This document shows positions 9,319 to 19,152 of a stretch of 64,000 nt of DNA, piece after piece. A program made the position numbers and the translations under genes. The notes below the pieces were generated by a model. The model ran no database searches. It saw nothing but the letters and a program-made list of their open reading frames with translations, and was not told the DNA's origin. The stretch is from NCBI GenBank assembly GCA_016182495.1, contig JACPGK010000032.1, positions 23,917 through 87,916 on the forward strand, read 5' to 3'. Every line of letters begins with the position of its first letter. The stretch's first letter is position 1. Origin of the DNA: Candidatus Kerfeldbacteria bacterium. GTDB taxonomy: Bacteria; Patescibacteriota; Patescibacteriia; UBA9570.

Positions 9319-10350
9319 TTAACGGTCAAGTAAAAACAACATTAAACCTAAACTGGCAGTCACCATAGCAATAATCCAAAACCGCATTACTATTTTAGGT
9401 TCGGGCCAGCCGTTGGCTTCTAGATGATGATGAATCGGTGCCGATGTAAACAGTTTTCGACCAAACAGTTTTTTTGAAATCATCTGTAGTAAAGCCGATA
9501 CGGTTTCAATAACAAACACGAACCCAATTAATGGTAGTAAGGCGGCATAATTAGTCAGTAAAGCAATCACGCCTAGAGTAACGCCTAAAGACATGGCGCC
9601 GGTATCGCCCATGATAAATCGAGCCGGAAAAATATTAAACCACAAAAAGGCTAACAGCGCTCCACCGATTACTCCACAAAATGCCGCTAAATCATAACGC
9701 CCTAACAAAAACGCCACTATCCCATACACCGAAAAAGCCGCCATCAAGGTACCGCCGGCTAGACCATCCAAACCATCAGTTTCGTTGACCGAAAAACTAG
9801 TGGCTACAATCACACCGATAAATACCGGTATATACCACCAACCAATTTGGATGTTGCCAAAAAATGGAATGTGCAGTACATCCCAATCTAATTTAAAGTA
9901 AAACCAAACTGCTCCCACCAGCGCAATGGCCGTATAAATCAATAGGCGATGACGCATGCGCAACCCACCGCCGTGTGAACCTTGGCGACGAATATTAAAA
10001 ATATCATCAACCAACCCCACCCCGGCCGAAACTAACAAAACGCCTAACGGTAAAAAAGTTTCAGAACGGGATAAAAAGTTCAAAAAACCTAATTTAGGCC
10101 ATACGCCTGCAACCACACTGCCAGCTAAGGTTAGCATTGCTGTAGTTCCCCAAATTAATATTCCACCCATGGTGGGGGTGCCCGCTTTACTAGCATGTAA
10201 TTGCGCATACACCGGGGCTTCACTCGCCAAACGAATCTGCTTACCCAATTTATATCGGTATAAAAAATGAGTCAGCACAGGCGTACAAACTGTGGCAACA
10301 ATAAAGGAACTGGTTCCTAAAAATAATATTCGCACCAACTGATCCACCAT
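9319..10350 (-). CDS. mraY: Phospho-N-acetylmuramoyl-pentapeptide transferase
   Basis: PTMGG, VNETDGLDGLAGG and HHHLE motifs with a 10-TM architecture. Confidence 0.9.
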   Translation of the reverse strand: MVDQLVRILFLGTSSFIVATVCTPVLTHFLYRYKLGKQIRLASEAPVYAQLHASKAGTPTMGGILIWGTTAMLTLAGSVVAGVWPKLGFLNFLSRSETFLPLGVLLVSAGVGLVDDIFNIRRQGSHGGGLRMRHRLLIYTAIALVGAVWFYFKLDWDVLHIPFFGNIQIGWWYIPVFIGVIVATSFSVNETDGLDGLAGGTLMAAFSVYGIVAFLLGRYDLAAFCGVIGGALLAFLWFNIFPARFIMGDTGAMSLGVTLGVIALLTNYAALLPLIGFVFVIETVSALLQMISKKLFGRKLFTSAPIHHHLEANGWPEPKIVMRFWIIAMVTASLGLMLFLLDR

Positions 10351-10733
10351 TATGAATGCTGGGTAATAATAATTAAGGCTATAGCTAGGCCTAACAATAA
10401 CTCTAACAGCACTGTACTGCTTAGCAACAGGTAACTTATCATGATATCACGTTGCCGCCAGTGCCAGGCCAAAATACCGTTCAATAGCAGTATCACTGTA
10501 CCAGATAATGGCATATACAGTAGCTGATACCACTCGCCAACCAAATCGACACCAAAATAAATAGTATAGTGCAGAGGCACTAAATCACTGGTTGGTGGAA
10601 TAAACCAATACAGTGCTAGCCACTGGCCGGCCTGTAGTAACCCAGCTATTAGACTGCTCCATACCAGTATCGGTTGCTGCCACCAGTGTCCGGCACTAGC
10701 TGCTTGAGCAATAAGTGTGCGCGTTGTTGCCAT
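10350..10733 (-). CDS. Hypothetical small membrane protein (3-4 TM)
   Basis: Hydrophobic ORF whose stop overlaps the mraY start; no recognisable motif. Confidence 0.35.
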   Translation of the reverse strand: MATTRTLIAQAASAGHWWQQPILVWSSLIAGLLQAGQWLALYWFIPPTSDLVPLHYTIYFGVDLVGEWYQLLYMPLSGTVILLLNGILAWHWRQRDIMISYLLLSSTVLLELLLGLAIALIIITQHS

Positions 10734-10763
10734 TGATCTATACTATACCAGATTGCAAAAAAA

Positions 10764-10772
10764 TGGTATAAT
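10764..10772 (+). promoter_or_regulatory. Extended -10 element TGgTATAAT placed 6 nt before the pilB ATG, implying a near-leaderless transcript
   Basis: TG at 10764-65 and TATAAT at 10767-72, with the ATG at 10779. Confidence 0.45.
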
Positions 10773-10778
10773 TTTTTC

Positions 10779-12506
10779 ATGATTCATCCTGATCGAATCA
10801 AGCGTGTGTTGCTGAAGCATAGTATTGTTACAGAAAAAATTGCAGATGACTTAATTGCTCAAGCCAAACAAAAAAATGTCAACTTATTGATTTTTTTAGA
10901 ACAGCAAGAGCTTATTCCTGAAGAAGATTTATATGAAAAATTAGCCAGCGACTTTGCTGTACCGTTTATCAATCTGCAAAACGTTACTATCCCGCAACCA
11001 GTACTGGAAATACTACCTGAAGCCATTGCTCATACTCATGAAGTGGTAGTATTTGAATATAATCAAGCGGATCATAGCATTAAAATTGCCACCACTGACC
11101 CAGACGATTTGCAAACCATTGATTTTTTACGCAAAAAAACTGGCTGCACTGTAACGGTATACTTTACTACTCCAGCCAGTATTACAGCCGTCGTCAGCCA
11201 GTATCATAGCCATATTGAAAAAGAATTTGCTCTGTTTCAGCAACCCCTCGAGCGCGGTAATCAATTATCAGCTAGCGATATTACGCAAAATATCCCGATT
11301 ATTAAAATGGTGGATACCATTTTAGATTATGCCATTTTTCAAAATGCTTCAGATGTGCATATTGAACCGACCGATAAAAATATTGTTATTCGATTTCGGG
11401 TAGATGGTATTTTGCGTGACGTGATGACTTTACCAAAATCGATTCAATCTGGTTTAGTAGCCCGCATAAAAATTTTAGCTAACCTGAAATTAGATGAGCA
11501 TCGCTTACCACAAGATGGCCGACTGAATATTACAGCTAATGCGAAACGAGTGGCTGTACGGGTATCAATTTTGCCAGTGTACGATGGGGAAAAAATTGTC
11601 ATGCGGTTATTGGACGAATCAAAAAATATTTTAACACTAGAACAGCTTGGTTTAAATACTGTCGCTTTAGCCGTGTTGCGGCGACACATCACTAAGCCAC
11701 ACGGTATGATTTTAGCCACTGGTCCAACTGGTTCAGGCAAAACCACCACTTTATACACCGTGTTGAGCATTATGAATACTCCTGGGGTGAACATTTCAAC
11801 CATTGAAGATCCTATCGAGTACCGCATGAACCGAATCAATCAAAGCCAGGTGAATCCTAAAATTGGCTTTACCTTTGCTTCTGGTTTACGCTCACTGTTA
11901 CGCCAAGATCCTAATATTATTATGGTTGGAGAAATTCGTGATGACGAAACAGCTCAAATCGCTGCTCATGCGGCCATGACCGGGCATTTAGTACTATCAA
12001 CCTTACATACTAATGATGCTATTAGTGCCGTTTTTCGATTAGCGGAAATGGCCGTGCCTCATTTTTTAATTGCTTCAACTGTCAATGTTATTGTAGCGCA
12101 ACGTTTAGTCAGACGCATTTGTTCGGATTGCGTGCAAAGCTATCAATTAAATAAAGCCAGCATTGATGAAATTAGTCAGCGTTATAATTTAACCGATGTG
12201 CTGGATGGTTTTAAACGATTAGGTGAGGAATTAACTGAAGATGGCAGTTTAGAACATTTAAACTTTTTTCGGGGCGGAGGGTGCGCCAAATGTGGTGATA
12301 CTGGTTATCGCGGTCGTTTGGGTTTATACGAGGTGTTTGAAATGACTGAAGCGGCTAGTCAAGCCGTGTTGCGTCAGGCTAGTAAAGAAGAGCTATTACA
12401 GATTGCGATGCGAGATGGTATGATTACCATGGCACAAGATGGTTTTGTAAAAGCCAAGCGCGGTTTAACAACGATTGAAGAAATACTACGGGTAGCTAAA
12501 GAATAA
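10779..12506 (+). CDS. pilB: Type IV pilus assembly ATPase PilB (GspE family)
   Basis: N-terminal T2SSE_N-like domain, Walker A GPTGSGKTTTLY, Asp/His boxes, and a tetracysteine CSDC...CAKCGDTGYRGR. Confidence 0.9.
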   Translation: MIHPDRIKRVLLKHSIVTEKIADDLIAQAKQKNVNLLIFLEQQELIPEEDLYEKLASDFAVPFINLQNVTIPQPVLEILPEAIAHTHEVVVFEYNQADHSIKIATTDPDDLQTIDFLRKKTGCTVTVYFTTPASITAVVSQYHSHIEKEFALFQQPLERGNQLSASDITQNIPIIKMVDTILDYAIFQNASDVHIEPTDKNIVIRFRVDGILRDVMTLPKSIQSGLVARIKILANLKLDEHRLPQDGRLNITANAKRVAVRVSILPVYDGEKIVMRLLDESKNILTLEQLGLNTVALAVLRRHITKPHGMILATGPTGSGKTTTLYTVLSIMNTPGVNISTIEDPIEYRMNRINQSQVNPKIGFTFASGLRSLLRQDPNIIMVGEIRDDETAQIAAHAAMTGHLVLSTLHTNDAISAVFRLAEMAVPHFLIASTVNVIVAQRLVRRICSDCVQSYQLNKASIDEISQRYNLTDVLDGFKRLGEELTEDGSLEHLNFFRGGGCAKCGDTGYRGRLGLYEVFEMTEAASQAVLRQASKEELLQIAMRDGMITMAQDGFVKAKRGLTTIEEILRVAKE

Positions 12507-12513
12507 GTATACT

Positions 12514-13578
12514 ATGGCAAAAAAAATAACGTTCGCGATTCGGTCGGTACCGCCAGTTGATAAAATCTTTTTTGTACAAAATTTAGCGTTAATGGTGAAA
12601 ACCGGTTTCTCTATTTCTGATGCATTACAAGCCCTGATTAAGCAAACAAAAAATAATCTGTTTAAACGGACCATTGCCCAATTGCATCATGATGTATTGG
12701 CCGGGGTCAATTTTGCTTCAGCCTTAAGCAAACACCCGGCGGTATTTAATGAATTGTTCGTCAATTTAGTCGCCACTGGAGAAATCAGTGGTAATTTAGA
12801 AAATACGCTCCAAGAAATTGCCGTTCAACTCAAAAAAAGCTACGCCTTAAAACGTAAAATTCGCAATGCCATGATTTATCCGGCATTGATAGTGACGGTG
12901 ATGATTATTGTTGGAGTCGGTGTATTCGTGTTTGTGGTGCCAAAAATTCTTGATCTGTACACACAAAATAACTATGTGCTGCCTCTGCCTACTCGAATTA
13001 TTTTGTGGTTAAGCACTTTTCTGCAACACAATGCTCTAGTGATCAGTGTCAGTGTGATTGCTATAGTACTTGGCATGATTGGTTTGTGGCGCACAACCGG
13101 CGGACGGCAGGTATTCGACAAATTATTACTGCGCTTACCAATTGTTGGAGAAATTATTAAAAAAGTGACCATTGCAAAAATGATGCGGATTCTTAATTCA
13201 TTAATCGTCACGGATATTCCAATTGTCAAAAGTTACCAATTGATCGCCCATGCGTTAGGCAATACCAGTTACCGTAACCATTTATTACAATCGAGCGAAT
13301 TACTGACTAAAGGCGGCAGCTTGTATTCAACCATTTCAAGCCGAGCAGATTTATTTAACCCCGTAATCGCTCAAATGGTGAATGTTGGTGAACAAACCGG
13401 AGCATTGGATAAAATTACTGCAGAAATTGCTACCTTTTATGAAGATGAGGTAGAGGCAGTGATGTCTAACTTAACGGTTATTATTGAACCAGTACTGATG
13501 GTAGCCATTGGTGCTGGCGTTGGATTTTTAGCCGTTGCCATTGTTATGCCAATTTATGCCTTGGTGGAACAAATCTAA
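12514..13578 (+). CDS. pilC: Type IV pilus platform protein PilC (GspF family)
   Basis: Two T2SSF-like repeats and three TM helices, immediately downstream of pilB. Confidence 0.8.
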   Translation: MAKKITFAIRSVPPVDKIFFVQNLALMVKTGFSISDALQALIKQTKNNLFKRTIAQLHHDVLAGVNFASALSKHPAVFNELFVNLVATGEISGNLENTLQEIAVQLKKSYALKRKIRNAMIYPALIVTVMIIVGVGVFVFVVPKILDLYTQNNYVLPLPTRIILWLSTFLQHNALVISVSVIAIVLGMIGLWRTTGGRQVFDKLLLRLPIVGEIIKKVTIAKMMRILNSLIVTDIPIVKSYQLIAHALGNTSYRNHLLQSSELLTKGGSLYSTISSRADLFNPVIAQMVNVGEQTGALDKITAEIATFYEDEVEAVMSNLTVIIEPVLMVAIGAGVGFLAVAIVMPIYALVEQI

Positions 13579-14884
13579 CGGCGTTACTATTCTTGAAGCC
13601 ATTATTGCCGTAGCGGTGATGGCGTTAGTTTCTGGCAGTGTATTGGGGTTGTTATGGGGTGGCTTAAAATCAGCTGATGCTAATCAACGCCGCCAACTGG
13701 CGGTTGGTTTAGCCAATCAGCAACTCGAAATTATTAAAAATTTACCATACGATTCTGTTGGTACAACTGGTGGCGTACCATCTGGCAACTTGCCACAGAC
13801 ACAAACCAGTGTCATTAATAATACTACTTATACTATTACGACAGATGTGCATTATGTCGACGATAACTATGATCAAAAAACTCCTAATGATACTTTAAAT
13901 ACCGATTATAAACGAGTTGAAATTATTGTAACTTGGCCACACACTGATCAGGTGGTTGAAACATCAACGCTGATTGTTCCAAATGGTATTGAAAACAATG
14001 CTACTGGTGGCACCTTGTGGCTAGAAGTGTATGATCCTACTACTGATCCAGTCACACTCATTAATAAAGCCACGGTTACCATTTTGGCACCAACCGTAAC
14101 GCCCGCTGTATCGTTGAGCGTTAAAACTGATACTGATGGCCGCTATATTTTACCAGGCGCACCGGTTGGCACAGAAGCGTATCAAATTACGGTAACAAAA
14201 ACTGGTTATGGTTCAGCCCGTACCTATACAGCTGATATCGAGATGAATCCTAATCCCAATCCAGCCGATTTAAGTGTAGCGCAAGGTGAAGTGACGACAG
14301 AATATTTTCAAATTGCTCGCTTAGCCGACAGTATTAGTTTGCATACGCGAGATATCACGACTGATGCACCAGTGACTGTAGCCTTTGCTATACATAGTGA
14401 TAGTGTAATTGGCAGCGATGGTAGTGGTAATGAAATTTATGAATACAGTACTATCAATCTAACTGATGCGGCTGGCGGCTGGCAGTTGAATGATCCCGAA
14501 TCTGGTAACTATACTATTATTTTTGATGAAGCTGCCATTGGTTATGTGGTCGCTGGCACAACTCGCGATATTCCATTTGAAGTATTACCAAACGCTAACG
14601 AATCAGTCACGATCTATTTGCACAGCGCTATTCCATTTTCTGGTTTACTAACGGTGGTGGATGCGAATAACGCTCGCTTAGCCGACGCTACCGTACGTTT
14701 GTACACGGCTGATTTAACGTTCGATGTCACGCAAACAACTACCAGTTACGGTCAGACATTTTTTGATACGATTACGGCCGGCTCGTATTTAATTGATGTT
14801 ACCGCAACGGGGTATGCCGTGTATAATGGTTCAATCATCATTGGTGGTAATGATGAACAGACTATTTATATGGCTACGCTTTAA
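13556..14884 (+). CDS. Large pilin-like protein (about 440 aa) with a prepilin-type N-terminus and beta-rich repeats (carboxypeptidase-regulatory-like); possibly the major pilin
   Basis: Class III signal KSNG|VTILEAIIAVAVMALV with Glu at +5 and repeated VT(K/A)TGY segments; the start is set at Met8 of the track ORF. Confidence 0.55.
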   Translation: MPWWNKSNGVTILEAIIAVAVMALVSGSVLGLLWGGLKSADANQRRQLAVGLANQQLEIIKNLPYDSVGTTGGVPSGNLPQTQTSVINNTTYTITTDVHYVDDNYDQKTPNDTLNTDYKRVEIIVTWPHTDQVVETSTLIVPNGIENNATGGTLWLEVYDPTTDPVTLINKATVTILAPTVTPAVSLSVKTDTDGRYILPGAPVGTEAYQITVTKTGYGSARTYTADIEMNPNPNPADLSVAQGEVTTEYFQIARLADSISLHTRDITTDAPVTVAFAIHSDSVIGSDGSGNEIYEYSTINLTDAAGGWQLNDPESGNYTIIFDEAAIGYVVAGTTRDIPFEVLPNANESVTIYLHSAIPFSGLLTVVDANNARLADATVRLYTADLTFDVTQTTTSYGQTFFDTITAGSYLIDVTATGYAVYNGSIIIGGNDEQTIYMATL

Positions 14885-14886
14885 TT

Positions 14887-15510
14887 ATGATATCAATCAA
14901 CCGCCGTGGCTTTACCTTGATTGAAGCGGTGGTAGCTATGCTGATTACTGCCTTAATGATATTGGTTGGATCTGATTTATTAATTAATGGCAATCGTTTA
15001 GCCAACACCATCAGTGAACAAACTGATGCTATTACTACGGCCCGAGTAGCCCTTGATCCGGTAGGTAAAATTGTGCGCGAATTACGCAGTGGTGAAAATG
15101 GTGAGTACCCAATTATAGTAGCTGAAGCTGATTCATTCATTTTTTATTCTGATGTTGATAGCGACGCCCTCACTGAACAAGTTGAATACACCGTGGTTGG
15201 CACCGAATTGCGGCAACGCCTAATTGAACCAAGTGGTGATCCTGCCACTTATGATCCCGCCGCTACAGTTGAAACAGTTATTGCTAATGGCATTGTCAAC
15301 ACCAGTCTTACGGCTGAACCAATTTTCCGCTATTATACCAGTGACTATCCAACTGATACTACGAACAATCCTTTACCAACTCCGGCTGATGTTACTGCTA
15401 TTACGTTGGTAGCAATTCACCTTGACATCAATATTAATCCAAACCAGTTACCCGAAACGAGCGCCGTGGAGACATTTATTCAACTACGTAACCTTAAAAC
15501 CAACTTATGA
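14887..15510 (+). CDS. Type IV minor pilin / pseudopilin
   Basis: Canonical prepilin motif RRG|FTLIEAVVAMLI. Confidence 0.7.
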   Translation: MISINRRGFTLIEAVVAMLITALMILVGSDLLINGNRLANTISEQTDAITTARVALDPVGKIVRELRSGENGEYPIIVAEADSFIFYSDVDSDALTEQVEYTVVGTELRQRLIEPSGDPATYDPAATVETVIANGIVNTSLTAEPIFRYYTSDYPTDTTNNPLPTPADVTAITLVAIHLDININPNQLPETSAVETFIQLRNLKTNL

Positions 15511-16871
15511 AACGAGGCAGCAACCTTATTATCGCCATTATCTTTGGTGGTTTAATTGTGATGAGTAGCGGTGCTTTAATTAGTTTATTAATTGTGCAAC
15601 AACGTACCGTGCGTAACAACGTTGCTAAAGAACAAGCTCTGCAAGTTGCCGAGGCTGGTTTAAATCGCTACCGTTGGATATTAGCGCACGACCCTGAAGA
15701 TTTTGCGGGCCAAGATAAAGATTATGTAGACGCCGATGGTGATACCATCGGACACTATACCGTAACAGTGACGCCTCCTCAAATTGGCTCGACAGTGGTG
15801 ACTTTAACGGCTACTGGTTGGACCACAGCCTATCCAAATGTTCAACGAACCCTACGCGCCCGCTATGGTCAAGGATCATACGCCGAATATGCCGTGCTGA
15901 CCGATGCGAATATTTGGTTTGGTGAGGAAGAAGAAGTGCACGGAAAATTACATTCTAATGGCGGTATTCGAATGGATGGCACGGTAGATTCACAAACTAC
16001 CTCCATTCAAGAAACCTACATTTGTGGAGCTGAACATGGCTGTGATGATGAAGAAAAACCAGGAATTTGGGGTGATGGCGGTGATACTCAATACTGGGAT
16101 TTTCCAATTGCCGACGGGGTTGATTTTGATGCTATCACTCTAGATTTAGAAACGATGCATGAGGTGGCTGAAATTGATGGTATTTTATTAGGAGATTCGG
16201 GTGAATATGGCTATCATATTGTATTTAATAATACCGGCACGTTCACGGTGTATGTGGTGACGAAATTAAAAAATTCCGCCTATGGTTCGGATGGAAAAAG
16301 TTGGCGCTATTTTTCCTATGATATTAAACAGGAATCTGTGTTAGCTGGATATGAAAACGTAGCCTTACCAGCCAGTGGCATTATTTTTGTAGAAGATGAC
16401 ACTTGGGTATCGGGTCAAGTGGCTGGTCGAGTAACTGTTGCGGCCGCCAAGTTGCCAGAACCAGGCGATGAAACCATCGATATTATGATTCCAGATAACA
16501 TTACCTATTATCCTGATCGCACCAGTGGATCGGTACTAGGGTTAGTGGCGCAGCACGACGTGACTATTTCATTGGAAGTGCCAACTGATCTGACTATTGA
16601 TGCCGCTTTGCTGGCTCAAACTGGCCAAGTGTATCGAGTGTATTTTCATCCTAATTCAAATAAAACCCATGCGGTAAAAAATTATATTGAAACCTACGGC
16701 ACAGTGATTACGCATGGTATTTGGACCTGGAGTTGGGTGAATGCCAGTGGCAATGTTACCTCTGGCTTCCAACAAACCAACTCGATTCATGATCCAGCCT
16801 TAGTATATGCTCCGCCACCTTATTTTCCCACCAAAGATGAGTACACCTTTTTATCGTGGGAGGAGCTATGA
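15507..16871 (+). CDS. PilX-N-domain minor pilin-like protein (454 aa)
   Basis: N-terminal TM segment followed by ALQVAEAGL (the PilX_N signature A.QAAEAGL); large Gly/Asp-rich C-terminal region. Confidence 0.5.
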   Translation: MKRGSNLIIAIIFGGLIVMSSGALISLLIVQQRTVRNNVAKEQALQVAEAGLNRYRWILAHDPEDFAGQDKDYVDADGDTIGHYTVTVTPPQIGSTVVTLTATGWTTAYPNVQRTLRARYGQGSYAEYAVLTDANIWFGEEEEVHGKLHSNGGIRMDGTVDSQTTSIQETYICGAEHGCDDEEKPGIWGDGGDTQYWDFPIADGVDFDAITLDLETMHEVAEIDGILLGDSGEYGYHIVFNNTGTFTVYVVTKLKNSAYGSDGKSWRYFSYDIKQESVLAGYENVALPASGIIFVEDDTWVSGQVAGRVTVAAAKLPEPGDETIDIMIPDNITYYPDRTSGSVLGLVAQHDVTISLEVPTDLTIDAALLAQTGQVYRVYFHPNSNKTHAVKNYIETYGTVITHGIWTWSWVNASGNVTSGFQQTNSIHDPALVYAPPPYFPTKDEYTFLSWEEL

Positions 16872-17770
16872 TTTTCTTTAATGGCCAAACCAGAGTAGGC
16901 ATCGATTTAAGCGACTATAAAGTGCGCTTAATTGCCTTGACTGGGACTCGTAAACCAAGTATTCGAACATTTTGCGAAATAGACATACCAACCGGCACTA
17001 TCAATGAAGGGGCTATTCAAAAAACCGAAGTAGTGGTGCAGTTACTCAAAACCCTAGCTCGTCATTGTAAAGGATTACACTGGCACGATCGTACTGTACG
17101 AGTTGGTATACCAGAACAACAAAGTTTTATTACCACCGTATCGCTCGATAGTAACCACAAAGGTGATAACATTGATCAAGTGTTAGAAGTGATACCGTTT
17201 AAAAAAGAAGAACTCTACTATGATGTGCATGAACACCGTACCAGACAAGCTATGTCCATCGCAGCTGCTCGCAAAGCGTTTGTTGATCAGTATTTACAAA
17301 TATTTTCAGCGGCCAATTTCCATGTGGTAGCATTATATAGCGAAGCCGAGGCGATGGCCACTGCCTTGCTCGATAAAACAACCTCGACCACTGCCGGGAT
17401 TATTATTATTGATCTTGGTCGGGCTCGTACTACGGTAATTTTTTGCTGTAAAGGGTTAGTTTATTTTACAACCAGTTATCCTAGCGTGCTGACTGGAGAT
17501 ACTCTGAATCAAGGCAATTTCTTGGCGGTAACGCAACAAGCCATGGCTTTTTATGGTCAGCATTATGCTCAATATGCTACACTGCAACAACTCGTATTGT
17601 GTGGCAGCGGTGCCTATCAGCCAAATCTGGCCACTACTACGCAAACGGCCTGTGCTATTACTACTGTGCTCGGTAATCCATTACAACATATTCGCAGTAA
17701 CCACTTTACTAAAAAATTAAATCGTCCGCTAACATTTACTACGGCTATTGGCTTGGTATTGTATGCTTAA
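16868..17770 (+). CDS. pilM: Type IV pilus assembly protein PilM (actin-like ATPase fold)
   Basis: VGIDLSDYKVRLI, IIIDLGRARTT and LCGSGA motifs. The start is set at the ATG that overlaps the upstream stop (ATGA), with GGAGG just upstream. Confidence 0.7.
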   Translation: MIFFNGQTRVGIDLSDYKVRLIALTGTRKPSIRTFCEIDIPTGTINEGAIQKTEVVVQLLKTLARHCKGLHWHDRTVRVGIPEQQSFITTVSLDSNHKGDNIDQVLEVIPFKKEELYYDVHEHRTRQAMSIAAARKAFVDQYLQIFSAANFHVVALYSEAEAMATALLDKTTSTTAGIIIIDLGRARTTVIFCCKGLVYFTTSYPSVLTGDTLNQGNFLAVTQQAMAFYGQHYAQYATLQQLVLCGSGAYQPNLATTTQTACAITTVLGNPLQHIRSNHFTKKLNRPLTFTTAIGLVLYA

Positions 17771-18299
17771 CATTTTACCAGCTGAACAAAAAAATATTCT
17801 CGAACAACAACAGTGGTACTGGGTATTGCGCCAAAGTGCTGTTATTATTATTGCCACTATCCTGCTGGTAAATGGATTAATTATCGGCTGTCAGCAACTG
17901 TTACAACTATGGCAACGTAGCTTAGCCCAACAAACTGATACCATTATTTTAGATGATGACACGGAAAACCGTCTTAAAGCCAAACTCGATCGACTGAACA
18001 ATTTGATTCGAGGCACAAAAAATATTCAAACTACACAGGCTGAACCAGTCAGTATTATCACTGCTTTAATGCCAGCTATCCCCGATCAAGTAGTAATAAG
18101 TAAACTGACCATAGAAATGACTGATAGTAGTGTAACCATTATTGGTACCGTGCGCGACCGAGCGATGTTATCAGTTGTCCGCCAACAATTAGAACAAGCC
18201 GCCATTGATTCTGATCGTTTAACCGAACCTAATTTTGTGGTGACTAATTTAACTTCCGGGGACACTATTCCGTTCACCTTTAGTGCTAGTATACTATGA
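17763..18299 (+). CDS. pilN: PilN-like bitopic membrane protein
   Basis: MLNILPAEQK (the PilN INLLP motif), a TM segment, and a periplasmic coiled-coil domain. Confidence 0.6.
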   Translation: MLNILPAEQKNILEQQQWYWVLRQSAVIIIATILLVNGLIIGCQQLLQLWQRSLAQQTDTIILDDDTENRLKAKLDRLNNLIRGTKNIQTTQAEPVSIITALMPAIPDQVVISKLTIEMTDSSVTIIGTVRDRAMLSVVRQQLEQAAIDSDRLTEPNFVVTNLTSGDTIPFTFSASIL

Positions 18300-18838
18300 A
18301 ATTCACCAAACCATCCTATTTAATTCGAGGGATCATTTGGTTCGGCACAGCAGTGTTACTGCTACTGATTAGTATAATTTTTATTATCCGGCCAGGACAG
18401 AGTGCTATTGGCACTACCACTGCTGCTGTTCGTACTGTCATAGCCGAACAAACTACTCCACAATCAGCTACCTCAAATTTAGTACGAGCCGTAAAACGAG
18501 AACAGGATATTGATGCCATGACCATTCAGTTATTAAATAATTACATTGATCCAGCCGCCCCACTCGATTTTATCAACCTACTTGAACAGGCGGCGACTAG
18601 TCGATCGGTTGATGTATCATTTACTATTACTGATCCTATTCCTAGCCATATTCAAGCTGGAGAACCAGCTCCGGTTCGTTTAACGCTGGCAATAACTGGT
18701 GAATTAGTAGCTGTGCTTGAATTTATCAATGATGTTGTAACCCAGCCAATGCAATTAGATATTGCAGCCATCACTATCCAACCAGCTGAACATGGTGCGA
18801 TTCAAGCAAATGTAACAGTAACATCTCACTGGCAATGA
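18296..18838 (+). CDS. pilO: PilO-like bitopic membrane protein
   Basis: N-terminal TM segment plus a roughly 150-aa extracytoplasmic domain, translationally coupled (ATGA) to pilN. Confidence 0.45.
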   Translation: MKFTKPSYLIRGIIWFGTAVLLLLISIIFIIRPGQSAIGTTTAAVRTVIAEQTTPQSATSNLVRAVKREQDIDAMTIQLLNNYIDPAAPLDFINLLEQAATSRSVDVSFTITDPIPSHIQAGEPAPVRLTLAITGELVAVLEFINDVVTQPMQLDIAAITIQPAEHGAIQANVTVTSHWQ

Positions 18839-19152
18839 ACAATTATCAATCCCTGGTTAAAAAATATCTGCCATTCAGCTGCAGTGTACTAGCACTTGGC
18901 TATGTTGGTTACATGATTTGGTTTATTGTGCAAACCAGTGTCTTGCCACTGTTTTCTGATCAAACGTTATTACTGAACAGCGAACAGTATAGTATCCCCG
19001 ATGCAGCCGTACAACGACAAATTGATTTTGCTGACCAGCGCCGTACTAACCGGCCCAATACTGCTGATGTGATTGATCGCTTTGATCATGGTAATGAAGG
19101 AGTTCTTACCAGCACGAATGATGCCTCCGTTGAACAATTACCTACTCCTTAG
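18835..19152 (+). CDS. Small membrane protein at the end of the pil operon (possible PilP analogue)
   Basis: One TM helix and an ATGA overlap with the pilO-like gene. Confidence 0.3.
   Translation: MNNYQSLVKKYLPFSCSVLALGYVGYMIWFIVQTSVLPLFSDQTLLLNSEQYSIPDAAVQRQIDFADQRRTNRPNTADVIDRFDHGNEGVLTSTNDASVEQLPTP

Noticed and set aside
12486-12674. Minus-strand 62-aa ORF across the pilB/pilC junction
   Set aside because: It is antisense to two tightly linked pilus genes and has a low-complexity translation.
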